A stretch of DNA of 64,000 nucleotides from positions 1 to 64,000 of the IMG/VR virus record IMGVR_UViG_3300012984_000016, one strand, 5' to 3'. A program made the position numbers and the translations under genes. Positions 18,310 through 28,290 of this stretch are shown here, piece by piece. The notes beneath the pieces were generated by a model. That model was not told where the DNA came from. It saw only the letters and a program-made list of their open reading frames with translations, and did not search any database. Within the stretch, counting starts at the first letter, position 1, and each line of letters starts with the position of its first letter. Origin of the DNA: a virus.

Positions 18310-18803
18310 TCAGGATCACCCTTGTAGTCGCGGAGGTTGATGGGGTGGTTCGCTGCGAGGTAATCCTTGAAGTTGATGAAGCCGTCCTCGGTCCAGTAGC
18401 CCCAGGACTTGGTGCGCTTGCCGACGAACACCAGGGTCCAGGTGTCGGGCTTGATGGAGATGATCCGGTGCGCGTCCTGCTTGCTCATCTTGTGGAACGA
18501 CAGCCAGCCGTGAGTCTTCTTCACAGCAGGTCGGAGCGCACCCTCACGGCGCTCGGTGTGCAGGACCTCGTCGTACCCGCCGCGCACCACCAGGGACCAG
18601 AAGTTGAAGGGGTGGTCGTGCGGGTCCGGGTCATGGTCGGGCTGGTGGATGTGGTGAAGGAACAGCGCGAACCAAGGGGTCTGGATGAGACGGTGGCGAC
18701 GGAGGTACAGCACGTCCATCTCGTTCTCATCCCAGCACATGATGTCCTGGACCTTCATGAAGGACCAGCGACCACCGGAGGTCGGGTTGAACTTCTTCGT
18801 CAT
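18306..18803 (-). CDS. cupin-like protein
   Basis: LHHIHQPD...HDHPFNFWSLVVRGGYDE...HRI..WTLVF. Confidence 0.65.
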   Translation of the reverse strand: MTKKFNPTSGGRWSFMKVQDIMCWDENEMDVLYLRRHRLIQTPWFALFLHHIHQPDHDPDPHDHPFNFWSLVVRGGYDEVLHTERREGALRPAVKKTHGWLSFHKMSKQDAHRIISIKPDTWTLVFVGKRTKSWGYWTEDGFINFKDYLAANHPINLRDYKGDPE

Positions 18804-19117
18804 GGCGTGTACCTCTCGATCACAACCGTCAGGCCGGTGCCCGCGAACTCAATGATCATACGAGGTTCGCGACCGTGCGTCAGCGCGTCCTTCTCGATGG
18901 CCAGGAACTCCTCGGCGCTGATCCGCCAGGACGCCTTCATCGTGGTCTTGAGTTGGTCCAGGTACTCGGGGCCCTTCACGTCCTGTGGGGCCCGCCTGCT
19001 GCTCCCGGACCCCGGCTGGACCCCGCCGCCTACCTCGCGTGCGTGGCGCTGCTCCTGGGCCTTGCTGCGGGCGTTGTTGTCCTTGCCGGGACGATCCCAC
19101 CACCCGGGCTTGCTCAT
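18800..19117 (-). CDS. small PD-(D/E)XK nuclease, resolvase-like
   Basis: QE..HAR..GG.VQPGSGS....DV......QLKTT. Confidence 0.65.
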   Translation of the reverse strand: MSKPGWWDRPGKDNNARSKAQEQRHAREVGGGVQPGSGSSRRAPQDVKGPEYLDQLKTTMKASWRISAEEFLAIEKDALTHGREPRMIIEFAGTGLTVVIERYTP

Positions 19118-19296
19118 GGTCCCTGCACGCTGATCGTGCCGGAGGGGTTCGTCTGGACCCCGTCGACGACGATGGTTCCCTTGACCAGTCGCCACGGCTT
19201 GCGTCCGCCATGCTTACACGGGCACGACGGAGGCGACTCGCAGTAGTGCTTGCGGTCACCCCGGTCCGCAGCGTCAGCACACTTCTGGCAGATCAC
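19114..19296 (-). CDS. small Cys-rich protein
   Basis: MICQKC...HYC...CPCKH. Confidence 0.55.
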   Translation of the reverse strand: MICQKCADAADRGDRKHYCESPPSCPCKHGGRKPWRLVKGTIVVDGVQTNPSGTISVQGP

Positions 19297-19694
19297 GCCG
19301 TGCCGCCTGCCGTGTGGTCGTTGACCGCCTGACTCAGGTGGTCAGTCACTGACTTGGTCAGCGAGTCCAGCATCTCCTGCGGGTCCACGCGCGGCTCCGT
19401 GGCGTGGATCGGGCCGACCAGCACACCCAGCGGACCCTGCACCAGCGGCACACCCAGGATGGCAGGGTGCGTGAGTTGGGAGAACGAGAACCCTGGGCGG
19501 TCCATGAAGTGGTTGTCATCCACGATCTTGATCTTGAGCACGTCCATGACATCCTCTGGCACCGACAGCGCCTGGATGGTCCCGATCATGCCCTCACGGA
19601 TGCGCTGCATGATCACGGCGAGTTGACCGATCGCCTGGGCTGCCACCTCCGAGGGGGAGTCCTCGTCACGGTACGGTCGCACGCGGTCAGTCAT
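19293..19694 (-). CDS. hypothetical protein
   Basis: coupled ORF in the operon. Confidence 0.6.
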   Translation of the reverse strand: MTDRVRPYRDEDSPSEVAAQAIGQLAVIMQRIREGMIGTIQALSVPEDVMDVLKIKIVDDNHFMDRPGFSFSQLTHPAILGVPLVQGPLGVLVGPIHATEPRVDPQEMLDSLTKSVTDHLSQAVNDHTAGGTA

Positions 19695-20778
19695 CGTCCT
19701 CGTCCTTGTCCTCGATGATGGTGTCCGGCTCGGCGGTGTTGAAGATGTCAGTCCGCAACTCGTCCGACACCGCTACGTTGCGGAGGAGCCACTTGTGGAA
19801 CTTGTTGCGGGACGACTGCTTCTCTTCTTCGTAGCCGACGACCCACCACTTGCTACCGGACTTCTTGATCAGGCCGGTGCGTCGGCCGAGGTACATCAGG
19901 TCCTCGGTGGCGTCGATGCCACCGTTGATGTAGTCGTACACGAACGTACCCTCGGCCCCGGCGATGGCCGCGCCGGTCTTGTCCTTCTCCACTCGCATGA
20001 GCACGCGGTGCCCCACGGTGGATGCCTTCTTGATCACGTCCCCGGTGTTCGGGTTGATCAACTTGCGCTGGGCCTTGATGTTCTCGGTGCGGTTCAGTTC
20101 GAGCCGGGTGCCTGCGTAGAAGGCCATGGACCGACCACCTGAGGTGGTGGTCTGCTTGGCGAAGGCGGACGCTCCGACGGCCTGTCGCGTCTGGTTGATG
20201 AAGATGATCGCGGAGTCGGTGTTGGCCACCGTCAACTTCCGCAGCGCCTTGCTCATCAACTTCGCCTGCTCCATTCCCATGGAGCGGTCACCCATCGACG
20301 AGTCCACCTCGGAGCGAGGGGACAGGGCTGCGATGGAGTCGATGCCGATCACGTCGTACAGGCCGGAGCGGATCTGGACCTCGGCCATGTCGATGACCTG
20401 CTCAGCATCCTCCTGCTGGATGAGCCGGAGCCGACGCAGGTCGATGCCCGCCTTCTCAGCGAAGCGAGGGTCGAACGTTCCCTCGACATCTGCGAAGCAA
20501 GCCCCGAGCCCGAGCCGCTGGGCGTTGCCCAGGGCGCGGAACGTGAGGTAGGTCTTGCCCACGTTGTAGGAGCCGTACAGTTCGAGGTAGCGGTTGCGCG
20601 CGAGCCCGCCGTCCAGCAGGTAGTCCACTGAGTCGATGCCCGTGGGGATGCGCTGGATCTTGAGGGACGGGTCCGAGCCCAACTTGATTGCACCCGGGAA
20701 CTTCTTGTTGACCTCGTCCATGTGCGCGTCGCGCTTCTGGTCCATGGTCAACTCGGCTGTTGCTGAACGACGGGGCAC
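19687..20778 (-). CDS. recA: RecA-like recombinase
   Basis: IPTGIDSVDYLLDGG, GSYNVGKT Walker A, IDSIAAL, FINQTR, SGGRSMAFYA. Confidence 0.93.
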   Translation of the reverse strand: MPRRSATAELTMDQKRDAHMDEVNKKFPGAIKLGSDPSLKIQRIPTGIDSVDYLLDGGLARNRYLELYGSYNVGKTYLTFRALGNAQRLGLGACFADVEGTFDPRFAEKAGIDLRRLRLIQQEDAEQVIDMAEVQIRSGLYDVIGIDSIAALSPRSEVDSSMGDRSMGMEQAKLMSKALRKLTVANTDSAIIFINQTRQAVGASAFAKQTTTSGGRSMAFYAGTRLELNRTENIKAQRKLINPNTGDVIKKASTVGHRVLMRVEKDKTGAAIAGAEGTFVYDYINGGIDATEDLMYLGRRTGLIKKSGSKWWVVGYEEEKQSSRNKFHKWLLRNVAVSDELRTDIFNTAEPDTIIEDKDEDDD

Positions 20779-20781
20779 GGC

Positions 20782-23700
20782 TCAGTCCTCCCTGGGTACG
20801 TGCTTGATGACCTTGATGCTGGACGCCTTCCCACACGAGAGGTTGAGCCAGCGCGGCTCCCACTCACCGCGACACTGGACAAGTGATCCTACGCCTGCCG
20901 ACCAGTGCTTGCTGGTCTCCGACCACAGCCGGATGTCGAAGTCCTCGACCGGTGACCACCGGATGTTCCAGGTCAGGTATTTCTTACCGGTCTTGGTCTC
21001 GCCCTCGCGGATCTTGGTGATCACTCCGACCAGGCACACGTCCTCGCCCGTGAGCGACTCCTCGGGCAGGACCACCTCACTCTGGTACTTCTCCCGGTAC
21101 TTCTTCATGCGGTCCTTGAACTGCCACTTGAGCAACTCCTCGGTGCGGTGCGGGTCACCAGGCACACCGATGGACTCGAACACTGAGGCTTCAGTCAGGG
21201 TCTTCATGTAGCCCACGTTGTTGACTTCCAGGGACACGTCCTCGACCGACTGGAACCCCTTCTTCGGGCGGTTGTTCATGAGCCGCTCGCCGACCTTGAT
21301 GCCGATGCCAGCGATGTCGGTGAAGCCGAAGCGGATGATCTTCTTCTTGGCATGAGCCGTGGCCAGCGCGTCCGAGGTGTTGATGTCCGGCGGTGCGATC
21401 TTGCCACCGAACTCCATGGCCTCGCGCATGTAGATGTCGCGGCGCTCCGCGTTGTCCTTGTTGTTCGGCACGGTGCGCAGCAGGGCGGTGATGTACTCGA
21501 TGGGGTACATGCACTTGAGCCGAGCGGTCTGGTAGGTGAGCAGGGTGTAGGCCGCTGCGTGCGAGCGGTTGTAGCCGTACCCGGCGTACCCCTCGATCAT
21601 CTTCCAAATCTCCTCGGCGGTCTCCTTCGGGATGCCCGAGGTCTTCTTGCAGCCCTTGATGAACGCGGGGCGCATGGCCTGCATGTCGTCCGACGACTTG
21701 TCCTTGATCGCTTCCTTGATGTCATCCATGCCCGCGTCGTCGAAGCCCGCCAGGGTGCGTCCGAACTCCATGACCTGCTCCTGGTAGAGCACGACGCCCC
21801 ACGTGTCCTCCAGGATCGGCTTGAGGGCCGGGTGTGCGTACTGGATGCCCGCCTTGCCCAGCCGTCGGTTCTTGTTGAAGATGTCGGGGAAGCCCGCGCT
21901 CATGGCACCCGTGCGGTAGAGGCTCGTGATCGAGATGAGGTCCTCGAAGTTCTTCGGCTTCACGTCGCGGCACCCGCGTCGGTTGGCCGGTCCCTCCATC
22001 TGGAACACGCCCGCTGTCTTGCCCTTCGCCAGCATGGCGTAGACCTTGTCATCGCCAGGCTCGTTGTCGGGATCCCAGAAGTCCGGCTCGATGTCCAGCC
22101 CGCGACGTTCCTTGAGAATCTTCAGGCACTCGTCGATGGTGTCCAGGGTGCGGAGGCCGAGGATGTCTTCCTTGAGGAAGCCCATCGCGTCGACGGCCTT
22201 CTTGTCGTACTGACCGATCATCCGCTTGGACGAAGGGATCCAGGCCTCGGGGATCTGCTTGCGGATGTTGGCCGAAGGGTCGGCGATGATGATGCCCGCA
22301 GGGTGAGCAGCGATCTGCTTCTTCAGCCCGCGCAGTTGCATCAGCATGGCGATGACCTCGGGGTAGTCCGCCATGAGTTGCTCAGGGATGAAGGCCTCGC
22401 CGGTCTCCTTGTCTTCGTAGATGCCCTTGTTCAGGTTGATGGCCTCCTGGCGCGGGATGCCGTTGGCGATGGCCACCGCGTTGAATGCTGACTTTGCACG
22501 GAGGTGACCGAAGGCTGCCACCGACATGGTGTTCTCAACACCGTACTTGTCGATGACGTAGTCGAAGACTTCACCGCGACGGAGTTGCGAGAAGTCCGAG
22601 TCGATGTCGGGCATCTTCGGGCGGGCCGGGTTGAGGAACCGCTCGAACAGCAGGGTGTACTTGATCGGGTCGCAGCGGTGGATGTCCAGCAGGTATCCCA
22701 CAAGGGTGCCAGCCGCCGACCCTCGACCGGGGCCGACCCGGATGCCCACGGACCGTGCGTAGGTGATGATGTCCGCAGTGATCAGCATGAAGTGCGCGAT
22801 CTTCGCCTGCTTGTACACCTTGAGTTCTGACTTGAGCCGGGAGGTGTACCGCTCGTCACCGTCCAACCCGAGTTCCTTGAGCCGCGTCTTGCACATGCGC
22901 TTCATCTCGGCGTCGGCATCTTCCACGCCGGGGAACTTGGGGATCTGGAACGTCTTGGACTCCCACGCCGGGATGCGTGTGTAGGAGTCCTTGGCGATCT
23001 GCAGGTTGGTGGCCACGCCGTTCTTCCAGTGCTTGGCACCGTAGGGCGACATGGTCTGCTTCATCTCGTCGTACGACTTCAGCCAGTAGCCCTCGCCCTC
23101 GAACCGGAACCGGTTGGGGTCCGTCACGTCCGAGGCGGTCTGGATCGCCAGCAGGGTGTCGTGCGCCATGGCGTCGTGCTCGTCCGCGAAGTGCGGGTCG
23201 TTCGTGATGACGTGCTGCAGGTTGTACTTCTTGGCCATGGCGATCAGCGCCGTGTTCAACCGGAGGTCGAAGGGCGTGTCGTGGTGCATGGTCTCGATGT
23301 AGTAGTGGGGGAAGGTCTCGCGCCACCACAGCAACTCGGTGACCGCCCGCTCCTCTGCGTCGTCCTCGTCGCTCAGGAGGGCCTTGGAGAGCGCAGAACC
23401 CGCGCACCCAGACAGGACGGTCAGATGCTTCGCGTCGTCTCCCAGGGCCTCCAGGATGCCTCGGTCGACCAGCGGCTTGAAGTAGAAGTTGCGGTGGCTC
23501 TCGGAGGACAGTTCCGACAGCACCTCGTACCCTCGTGCCCCACGGGCCAGGATGCTGATGTGCCGCTGGTCCTTCTGGCCCTGCGCCTTGTCCGCCCGGT
23601 GGCTCGCCACGTCCGGGACGAAGTAGAACTCCTCGCCGATGATCGGCTCCACGCCTTCCTTGCGGCACGCCTTGTAGAACTCAGGTGCGCCGGGGAGCCA

Positions 23701-23832
23701 GCCGTGGTCGGTCAGTGCCAGTGCAGAGAACCCCAGAGACCCTGCTTTCGCAGCGTACCCGGCGACTGTAGCCGCACCATCCAGCATGCTGTTGTCGCTG
23801 TGGTTATGCAAGTGGATGAAGTCGCTAGGCAC
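20782..23832 (-). CDS. dnaE: DNA polymerase III alpha subunit (family C)
   Basis: PHP domain HLHNHS..SMLDG, GPGRGSAAG, PDIDSDF, KEDILGL, YQEQ, GYNRSHA. Confidence 0.95.
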   Translation of the reverse strand: MPSDFIHLHNHSDNSMLDGAATVAGYAAKAGSLGFSALALTDHGWLPGAPEFYKACRKEGVEPIIGEEFYFVPDVASHRADKAQGQKDQRHISILARGARGYEVLSELSSESHRNFYFKPLVDRGILEALGDDAKHLTVLSGCAGSALSKALLSDEDDAEERAVTELLWWRETFPHYYIETMHHDTPFDLRLNTALIAMAKKYNLQHVITNDPHFADEHDAMAHDTLLAIQTASDVTDPNRFRFEGEGYWLKSYDEMKQTMSPYGAKHWKNGVATNLQIAKDSYTRIPAWESKTFQIPKFPGVEDADAEMKRMCKTRLKELGLDGDERYTSRLKSELKVYKQAKIAHFMLITADIITYARSVGIRVGPGRGSAAGTLVGYLLDIHRCDPIKYTLLFERFLNPARPKMPDIDSDFSQLRRGEVFDYVIDKYGVENTMSVAAFGHLRAKSAFNAVAIANGIPRQEAINLNKGIYEDKETGEAFIPEQLMADYPEVIAMLMQLRGLKKQIAAHPAGIIIADPSANIRKQIPEAWIPSSKRMIGQYDKKAVDAMGFLKEDILGLRTLDTIDECLKILKERRGLDIEPDFWDPDNEPGDDKVYAMLAKGKTAGVFQMEGPANRRGCRDVKPKNFEDLISITSLYRTGAMSAGFPDIFNKNRRLGKAGIQYAHPALKPILEDTWGVVLYQEQVMEFGRTLAGFDDAGMDDIKEAIKDKSSDDMQAMRPAFIKGCKKTSGIPKETAEEIWKMIEGYAGYGYNRSHAAAYTLLTYQTARLKCMYPIEYITALLRTVPNNKDNAERRDIYMREAMEFGGKIAPPDINTSDALATAHAKKKIIRFGFTDIAGIGIKVGERLMNNRPKKGFQSVEDVSLEVNNVGYMKTLTEASVFESIGVPGDPHRTEELLKWQFKDRMKKYREKYQSEVVLPEESLTGEDVCLVGVITKIREGETKTGKKYLTWNIRWSPVEDFDIRLWSETSKHWSAGVGSLVQCRGEWEPRWLNLSCGKASSIKVIKHVPRED

Positions 23833-23863
23833 GATTCCTCAATCCTCTCTGGGGTTCTCTGGC

Positions 23864-25054
23864 TTACTCGGACGGGACGTGCGATGCGAACATCCAGTCC
23901 AGGACTTCGGTGGGAACCTTCTCACCCGTGATCGGGTGCGGGCCACGGAGATGGTCGACCACGTCCTCGTGCCCCTTCTTGTGCCAGCGGTGGTAGTAGT
24001 AGAACCGGGCCTGAGCGAGGCCGAGCACCGGGTCCATGCAGCCGAGGAGGGTGTGCGCCGCCTTGAGGTCGAACCCCTTCTTGTACAGGGTGTGGGCCGC
24101 GAACGCCTCCAGCAGGCCGATCCAGGACACCGGCACTTCCTGGTGCGCGTTGAACAGCAGGGACTCGACCTGATCCCACTCGCACGTGCGGAGTGCCATC
24201 TCGTACGAGCGGACCGACGCGAGCACCTCGTCCGTGAGGTCGGCGGTCTCCCACGTCCAGTGACCACCGAAGCCCCAGCCGTCCTGCACCGCCTGGTACA
24301 GGTCGAACTCGGCGATGTCCTCGGCCTCCGCGTGGTGGTACTCGTAGGCGTGCAGGGAGTCGGCGACGTGCGTGTACGTGCCGACGGGGATGCCCAGGCG
24401 ACCGGCGATGTACCGCTGCATGGACATCCACTGGATGAAGTTGTAGGGCGTGCCCCACATGACATCGTTGGACCGCAGGATCTGCAGCCAGTCCAGGCGA
24501 CCGTCCCGGATCATCAGGTGCGCCATGAGGTTACAGGCGCGGTCCTTGGTCTCGCGGCGGACCTCCTCGAAGGCGTAGTTGTCAGTGTCCGAGGGGACGC
24601 GCATCGGCTGGTACGCCCGGTCGTGCGACGGCAGCGTGATGGTGAGCACGGCCTGGCGGGTCTCGGGGTCCTCGGTAAGCAGGCGGACCACGTCCTCGAT
24701 CTGGTCGTGACCGTGGGCGTAGCGCAGGCGGTAGCCGTACGCCGCGTTGAAGGTCTCACCGTCGTCGGAGTAGTCACCGATCTTGGAGTTGTAGTGCTTG
24801 AGCATCTCCACGTCGTTCTGCCCACCCAGGATCCACAGGACCTCGGCGAAGGCGAAGGTGACGTTGACCGGTCGGCCGAAGGCGGTGACCACCGGGCGCA
24901 GCGGGTCGTCGATGATGATCGTGGCGGGGTGGATCTCAAGGGTGGGTGCCACCCGAGAGGGGACCTGCTTGCCGCCGCCCATGACCGCCGCTACCGCAGC
25001 GGGGTACACGACGTTGGCGTTCGGCCCCTTGATGATCGCTTCGTTGGTGGTCAC
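23864..25054 (-). CDS. thymidylate synthase-fold enzyme, probable dUMP hydroxymethylase
   Basis: AYGYRLR, DPETRQAV, catalytic Cys (RACN), RSNDVMWGTPYN, SLHAY. Confidence 0.8.
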   Translation of the reverse strand: MTTNEAIIKGPNANVVYPAAVAAVMGGGKQVPSRVAPTLEIHPATIIIDDPLRPVVTAFGRPVNVTFAFAEVLWILGGQNDVEMLKHYNSKIGDYSDDGETFNAAYGYRLRYAHGHDQIEDVVRLLTEDPETRQAVLTITLPSHDRAYQPMRVPSDTDNYAFEEVRRETKDRACNLMAHLMIRDGRLDWLQILRSNDVMWGTPYNFIQWMSMQRYIAGRLGIPVGTYTHVADSLHAYEYHHAEAEDIAEFDLYQAVQDGWGFGGHWTWETADLTDEVLASVRSYEMALRTCEWDQVESLLFNAHQEVPVSWIGLLEAFAAHTLYKKGFDLKAAHTLLGCMDPVLGLAQARFYYYHRWHKKGHEDVVDHLRGPHPITGEKVPTEVLDWMFASHVPSE

Positions 25055-25698
25055 TTGGAACCCTCCGGGTAGGTGAAGCCGCGCCGCGTGAGGTGCTCAG
25101 CGATGAACGCGGTGGTCTCGCCCCGGGGAAGGTGCGGGACCAGGATGGTGATGTCCTCGTGGCGCTGGGCCAGGTACTCGTAGTTCTCCAGCACCTGCTT
25201 GTTGTTGCTCTTGTCCTTGGCGAACGGCTCCAGGAACATGAACACGATGTCGGGCATGCACCCTTGCGTGGGCAGCCGAGCGAGGTCGATGAACTCGTCC
25301 GCTGTCATCTGGGTTCGCATGTCCTTGACCCACCCGTAGGCGAAGGTCGAGAACCAGTTGCGATCCAGGAACACCGACTCGGCGTCGGAGTGGAGCCGGG
25401 GTACGATGACGTTCTCGTACATCTCACAGTGTGCCGCAAGGTGCAGGAACTGCCGGGTGAGCGGGAGGTGCTTCTTCCAGTTCACGTCCTCGGTGAGGCC
25501 GTAGATCTTGGCACCGAGTTCCGAGCCGCCGCTGGGCGAGTGCGTGAACACCGGCTTGCCGGAGTACAGGGGCTCGCCCTGCTCGGGCGCGTACACGGCC
25601 CGCTCGAAGCGGTCCATCTGGGTTGACTTGCCTGTGGCGTCCAGCCCCTCGAACACGATGAAGGAGGAGGGCTTGAGGATCAGCGGCAACTTGAACAC
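25051..25698 (-). CDS. tmk: thymidylate/dNMP kinase
   Basis: FEGLDATGKST P-loop, LDRNWFSTFAY, PDIVF. Confidence 0.85.
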   Translation of the reverse strand: MFKLPLILKPSSFIVFEGLDATGKSTQMDRFERAVYAPEQGEPLYSGKPVFTHSPSGGSELGAKIYGLTEDVNWKKHLPLTRQFLHLAAHCEMYENVIVPRLHSDAESVFLDRNWFSTFAYGWVKDMRTQMTADEFIDLARLPTQGCMPDIVFMFLEPFAKDKSNNKQVLENYEYLAQRHEDITILVPHLPRGETTAFIAEHLTRRGFTYPEGSK

Positions 25699-25776
25699 GT
25701 GGGTGACTCCAGGGTGAGGATGGCGTGACCCCCGCGTCCGATGGTTCTGAACACGAGGGTCACGACCGATGGTCCG

Positions 25777-26463
25777 TCAGGCTGCCTTCTTCTTCTTGCC
25801 CTTCTTCTTCTTGGACTTCTCGAGCCCGGTGGCCTGCTCGTCGATGTCGTCCTTGGCGTCGAGCGCCGAGGTGTCGGGCATCTCCGAGCCGAAGTAGCGA
25901 CGGGCCTCCTCGTCGACGTACTTCTGCAGGTCGATCGGCTTCTTGTCACCGATGTCCTTGATCGGCTTGAGGTCCGAGGAGGACACGTCGTACGAGACCG
26001 GCTGCGTGGGGTACTTGGCCACGTCGTAGGCCTTCTTGACGAACTTCTCGGGAGCCGCCGAGTAGCGGTAGAACAGGCGCGTGGAGAGGTCCTTCGGACC
26101 CTCCAGGATCATGACCTTCTTCTCCTTGAAGTTCCACACGTTGGCGGCGAACCGGTAGGAGGTCTTGCTGATGTTCTGGTCCTCGTCGAGGCAGAGCGGG
26201 CAGTTGTCACCGAGGCACGGCACGTAGTGCCACTTGGTGTCCTTCCACACGTGCTGCTCGAACTCCAGGAACCCCTGGGGGTTGTCCGGGTTCATCAGGC
26301 ACTGGATCGACACGGAGTCGCCCTGGCGCATGCGGATCGCGAGGCCGAAGTTGGACGAGCCCTTCGACTCCATGCGGTTCTTGTTCAGGCCGCTGAACGT
26401 CTTGACGGACAGCCCACCCTTGGCCTTGGCCTGGACGGTGGTCCCGCCCTTGTTCTTTGCCAT
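25777..26463 (-). CDS. putative single-stranded DNA-binding protein (gp32-like)
   Basis: EQH...PCLGDNCPLC...FAANV...YD, charged C-tail, replication context. Confidence 0.6.
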   Translation of the reverse strand: MAKNKGGTTVQAKAKGGLSVKTFSGLNKNRMESKGSSNFGLAIRMRQGDSVSIQCLMNPDNPQGFLEFEQHVWKDTKWHYVPCLGDNCPLCLDEDQNISKTSYRFAANVWNFKEKKVMILEGPKDLSTRLFYRYSAAPEKFVKKAYDVAKYPTQPVSYDVSSSDLKPIKDIGDKKPIDLQKYVDEEARRYFGSEMPDTSALDAKDDIDEQATGLEKSKKKKGKKKKAA

Positions 26464-26497
26464 GCGTCTCCTCGGTTCCTGGCCCTTGTGTGGCCGG

Positions 26498-26701
26498 TCA
26501 GGTCTTGTTGGCTTGGAGGTCCTTGACCAGGTCCTCGACCGCTTCCATGTCCTCAGCGTCGAGGCCCGCACCGTAGATGCGCAGGTCGCCGTCCTTGAAC
26601 ACGAACGCTACGAATGGCGCTTCCTGCATGTCCGTCAGCAACCGCTTCGCACGCTCGATGGAGAGGCGCGACACGGGGGAGACAGTCTCAGTAGTAGCCA
26701 C
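26498..26701 (-). CDS. hypothetical protein
   Basis: GAAGGT RBS, in operon. Confidence 0.55.
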   Translation of the reverse strand: MATTETVSPVSRLSIERAKRLLTDMQEAPFVAFVFKDGDLRIYGAGLDAEDMEAVEDLVKDLQANKT

Positions 26702-26720
26702 ACCTTCATGTTACGCGAAC

Positions 26721-27149
26721 TCACGCGTAACGGCGGTCGGCCTTCTCCTGCTCTTCCAGGAACCGGGTGCCGTGCTCCGCGACCGCGATGTACCAGTCCT
26801 CAGCGGAGGCCTCGGAGGGGAGGAGGGCGGCGACTGCTGCGGCCACGTCCTCGTTGTCCATGTGGATCAGTCCGTGCTTCGGCTGGCGCATCCCGGTCCG
26901 GTAGTGACGGATGAGGGAGATGACCTTGTTCTTCGCCGAGCCCTGGAACAGGGTGTTGAACGATGCGCCCTTCTCGGGGTCGTACCCCTCGACGCACTTC
27001 CACAGGATGATGTACAACTCCTGCTCGATGTCTTCCTGGTCCATCTGCGGGAGCGCCGAGCGGGCGTTCCTCGCGAAGGTGGAGATCGTGCCCCGGTAGC
27101 GCTCGATCGCGCGGTCGAGGTTTGTGCATGATTCGAGGGGAGCGTGCAT
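26721..27149 (-). CDS. sigma70-like factor (region 2 only)
   Basis: DQEDIEQELYIILWKCVEGYDPEKGASFNTLF....KN. Confidence 0.75.
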   Translation of the reverse strand: MHAPLESCTNLDRAIERYRGTISTFARNARSALPQMDQEDIEQELYIILWKCVEGYDPEKGASFNTLFQGSAKNKVISLIRHYRTGMRQPKHGLIHMDNEDVAAAVAALLPSEASAEDWYIAVAEHGTRFLEEQEKADRRYA

Positions 27150-27240
27150 CGTGTCGTCCGTTCGCCTGGGTCCGAGGACCGGGGGCCAACCCGATCCGCT
27201 CTGAGGCCATTCTGCCCTACCGGCTCATGACAACCGGGAA

Positions 27241-28290
27241 CTAGGTTGGGTGAACTTGGTCGAGTTCCTTCCGCCACCTGAGGTAGGGGACGCGCCGAGC
27301 CATCATGACCTCAACGTCTACTGGGAATAGGTCTTCCGGGTCCGAGGCCCTCAGCCGGGTGCCGTCCTTCTCCAGCCGCTTCTTCATCATCCACGGGGAG
27401 TACTGCCCGATGTACACCGGCATGCGAGTGCAAAGGGCATCACCGACCCGGCGCGACCAGATCAGCCCTGCGGCATCCCGGTCGGGGAGCAGGGTCACCG
27501 AGTTGTACTGTCCGAGCCAGCGGACCTTGATGTCACCCATGCGCGAGCCGAGCAGGCCCAGCGCCGGGTAGCCGCACTGGTCGATCCACTGCGTGTCCAG
27601 CCCGCCCTCGACGATGGCGATGTCCCGGGCCGAGCCGTGGAGGTCCACGCCGTACCACAGTTCAGACAACTCGACGCCCGGGGTGTACAGGTACTTCGGC
27701 TGCCACGACAGGGAGTCCGGGGTGGCCATGTAGCACCACGCCTCGATCTTCCCCTTCGCATTCTTGACCGGCATGGCGATCACGGACTCGAGAGTGAACT
27801 CACCCTTGTTGCCCAGCAGTGTGACCTTGTCCACCCAGCGCAGATCCCACCGCTCGAACGTGGCAGGCGTGAACCACCGCTCCAGTAGCGGAGTCGCTTG
27901 CCGTTTCCGAAGACGGTCGGGGTGGTCGGGCAGGTCCACCTTGCGCTTGCCCTTGGGTGGCTTGGCGTTGGTGGCAGCCCGCGCCAACTTGCGACGGAGC
28001 GCCGACATCATGGCGTCCGGTGTGCGGGGCTTGAGCATGCGCTCGACCTCGGGCCGAGGCAGGCCCAGCACCAGCGCGCCTAGAGCCACCAGATCGCCGC
28101 CAGCGCCGCAGGAGAAGCAGTTCCAGTAGCCGGTGCCGACGTTGACCGCGCACGACGGGCGGGAGTCGACATGCTTGGGGTCCGGGCACAGCATGTCCAG
28201 TTCCGGACCGCGCTCGGTTACCTCCAGGTGGAAGATGTCCTCCACCACAGCCTTGACATCGTCGACCCCGTAGTCTATTGCGCTAGGCAC
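27241..28290 (-). CDS. dnaG: DNA primase (CHC2 Zn finger + Toprim)
   Basis: CPDPKH..RPS...WNCFSCG, PKYLY, IVEGGLD, PDRDAAG; start approximate. Confidence 0.85.
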   Translation of the reverse strand: MPSAIDYGVDDVKAVVEDIFHLEVTERGPELDMLCPDPKHVDSRPSCAVNVGTGYWNCFSCGAGGDLVALGALVLGLPRPEVERMLKPRTPDAMMSALRRKLARAATNAKPPKGKRKVDLPDHPDRLRKRQATPLLERWFTPATFERWDLRWVDKVTLLGNKGEFTLESVIAMPVKNAKGKIEAWCYMATPDSLSWQPKYLYTPGVELSELWYGVDLHGSARDIAIVEGGLDTQWIDQCGYPALGLLGSRMGDIKVRWLGQYNSVTLLPDRDAAGLIWSRRVGDALCTRMPVYIGQYSPWMMKKRLEKDGTRLRASDPEDLFPVDVEVMMARRVPYLRWRKELDQVHPT

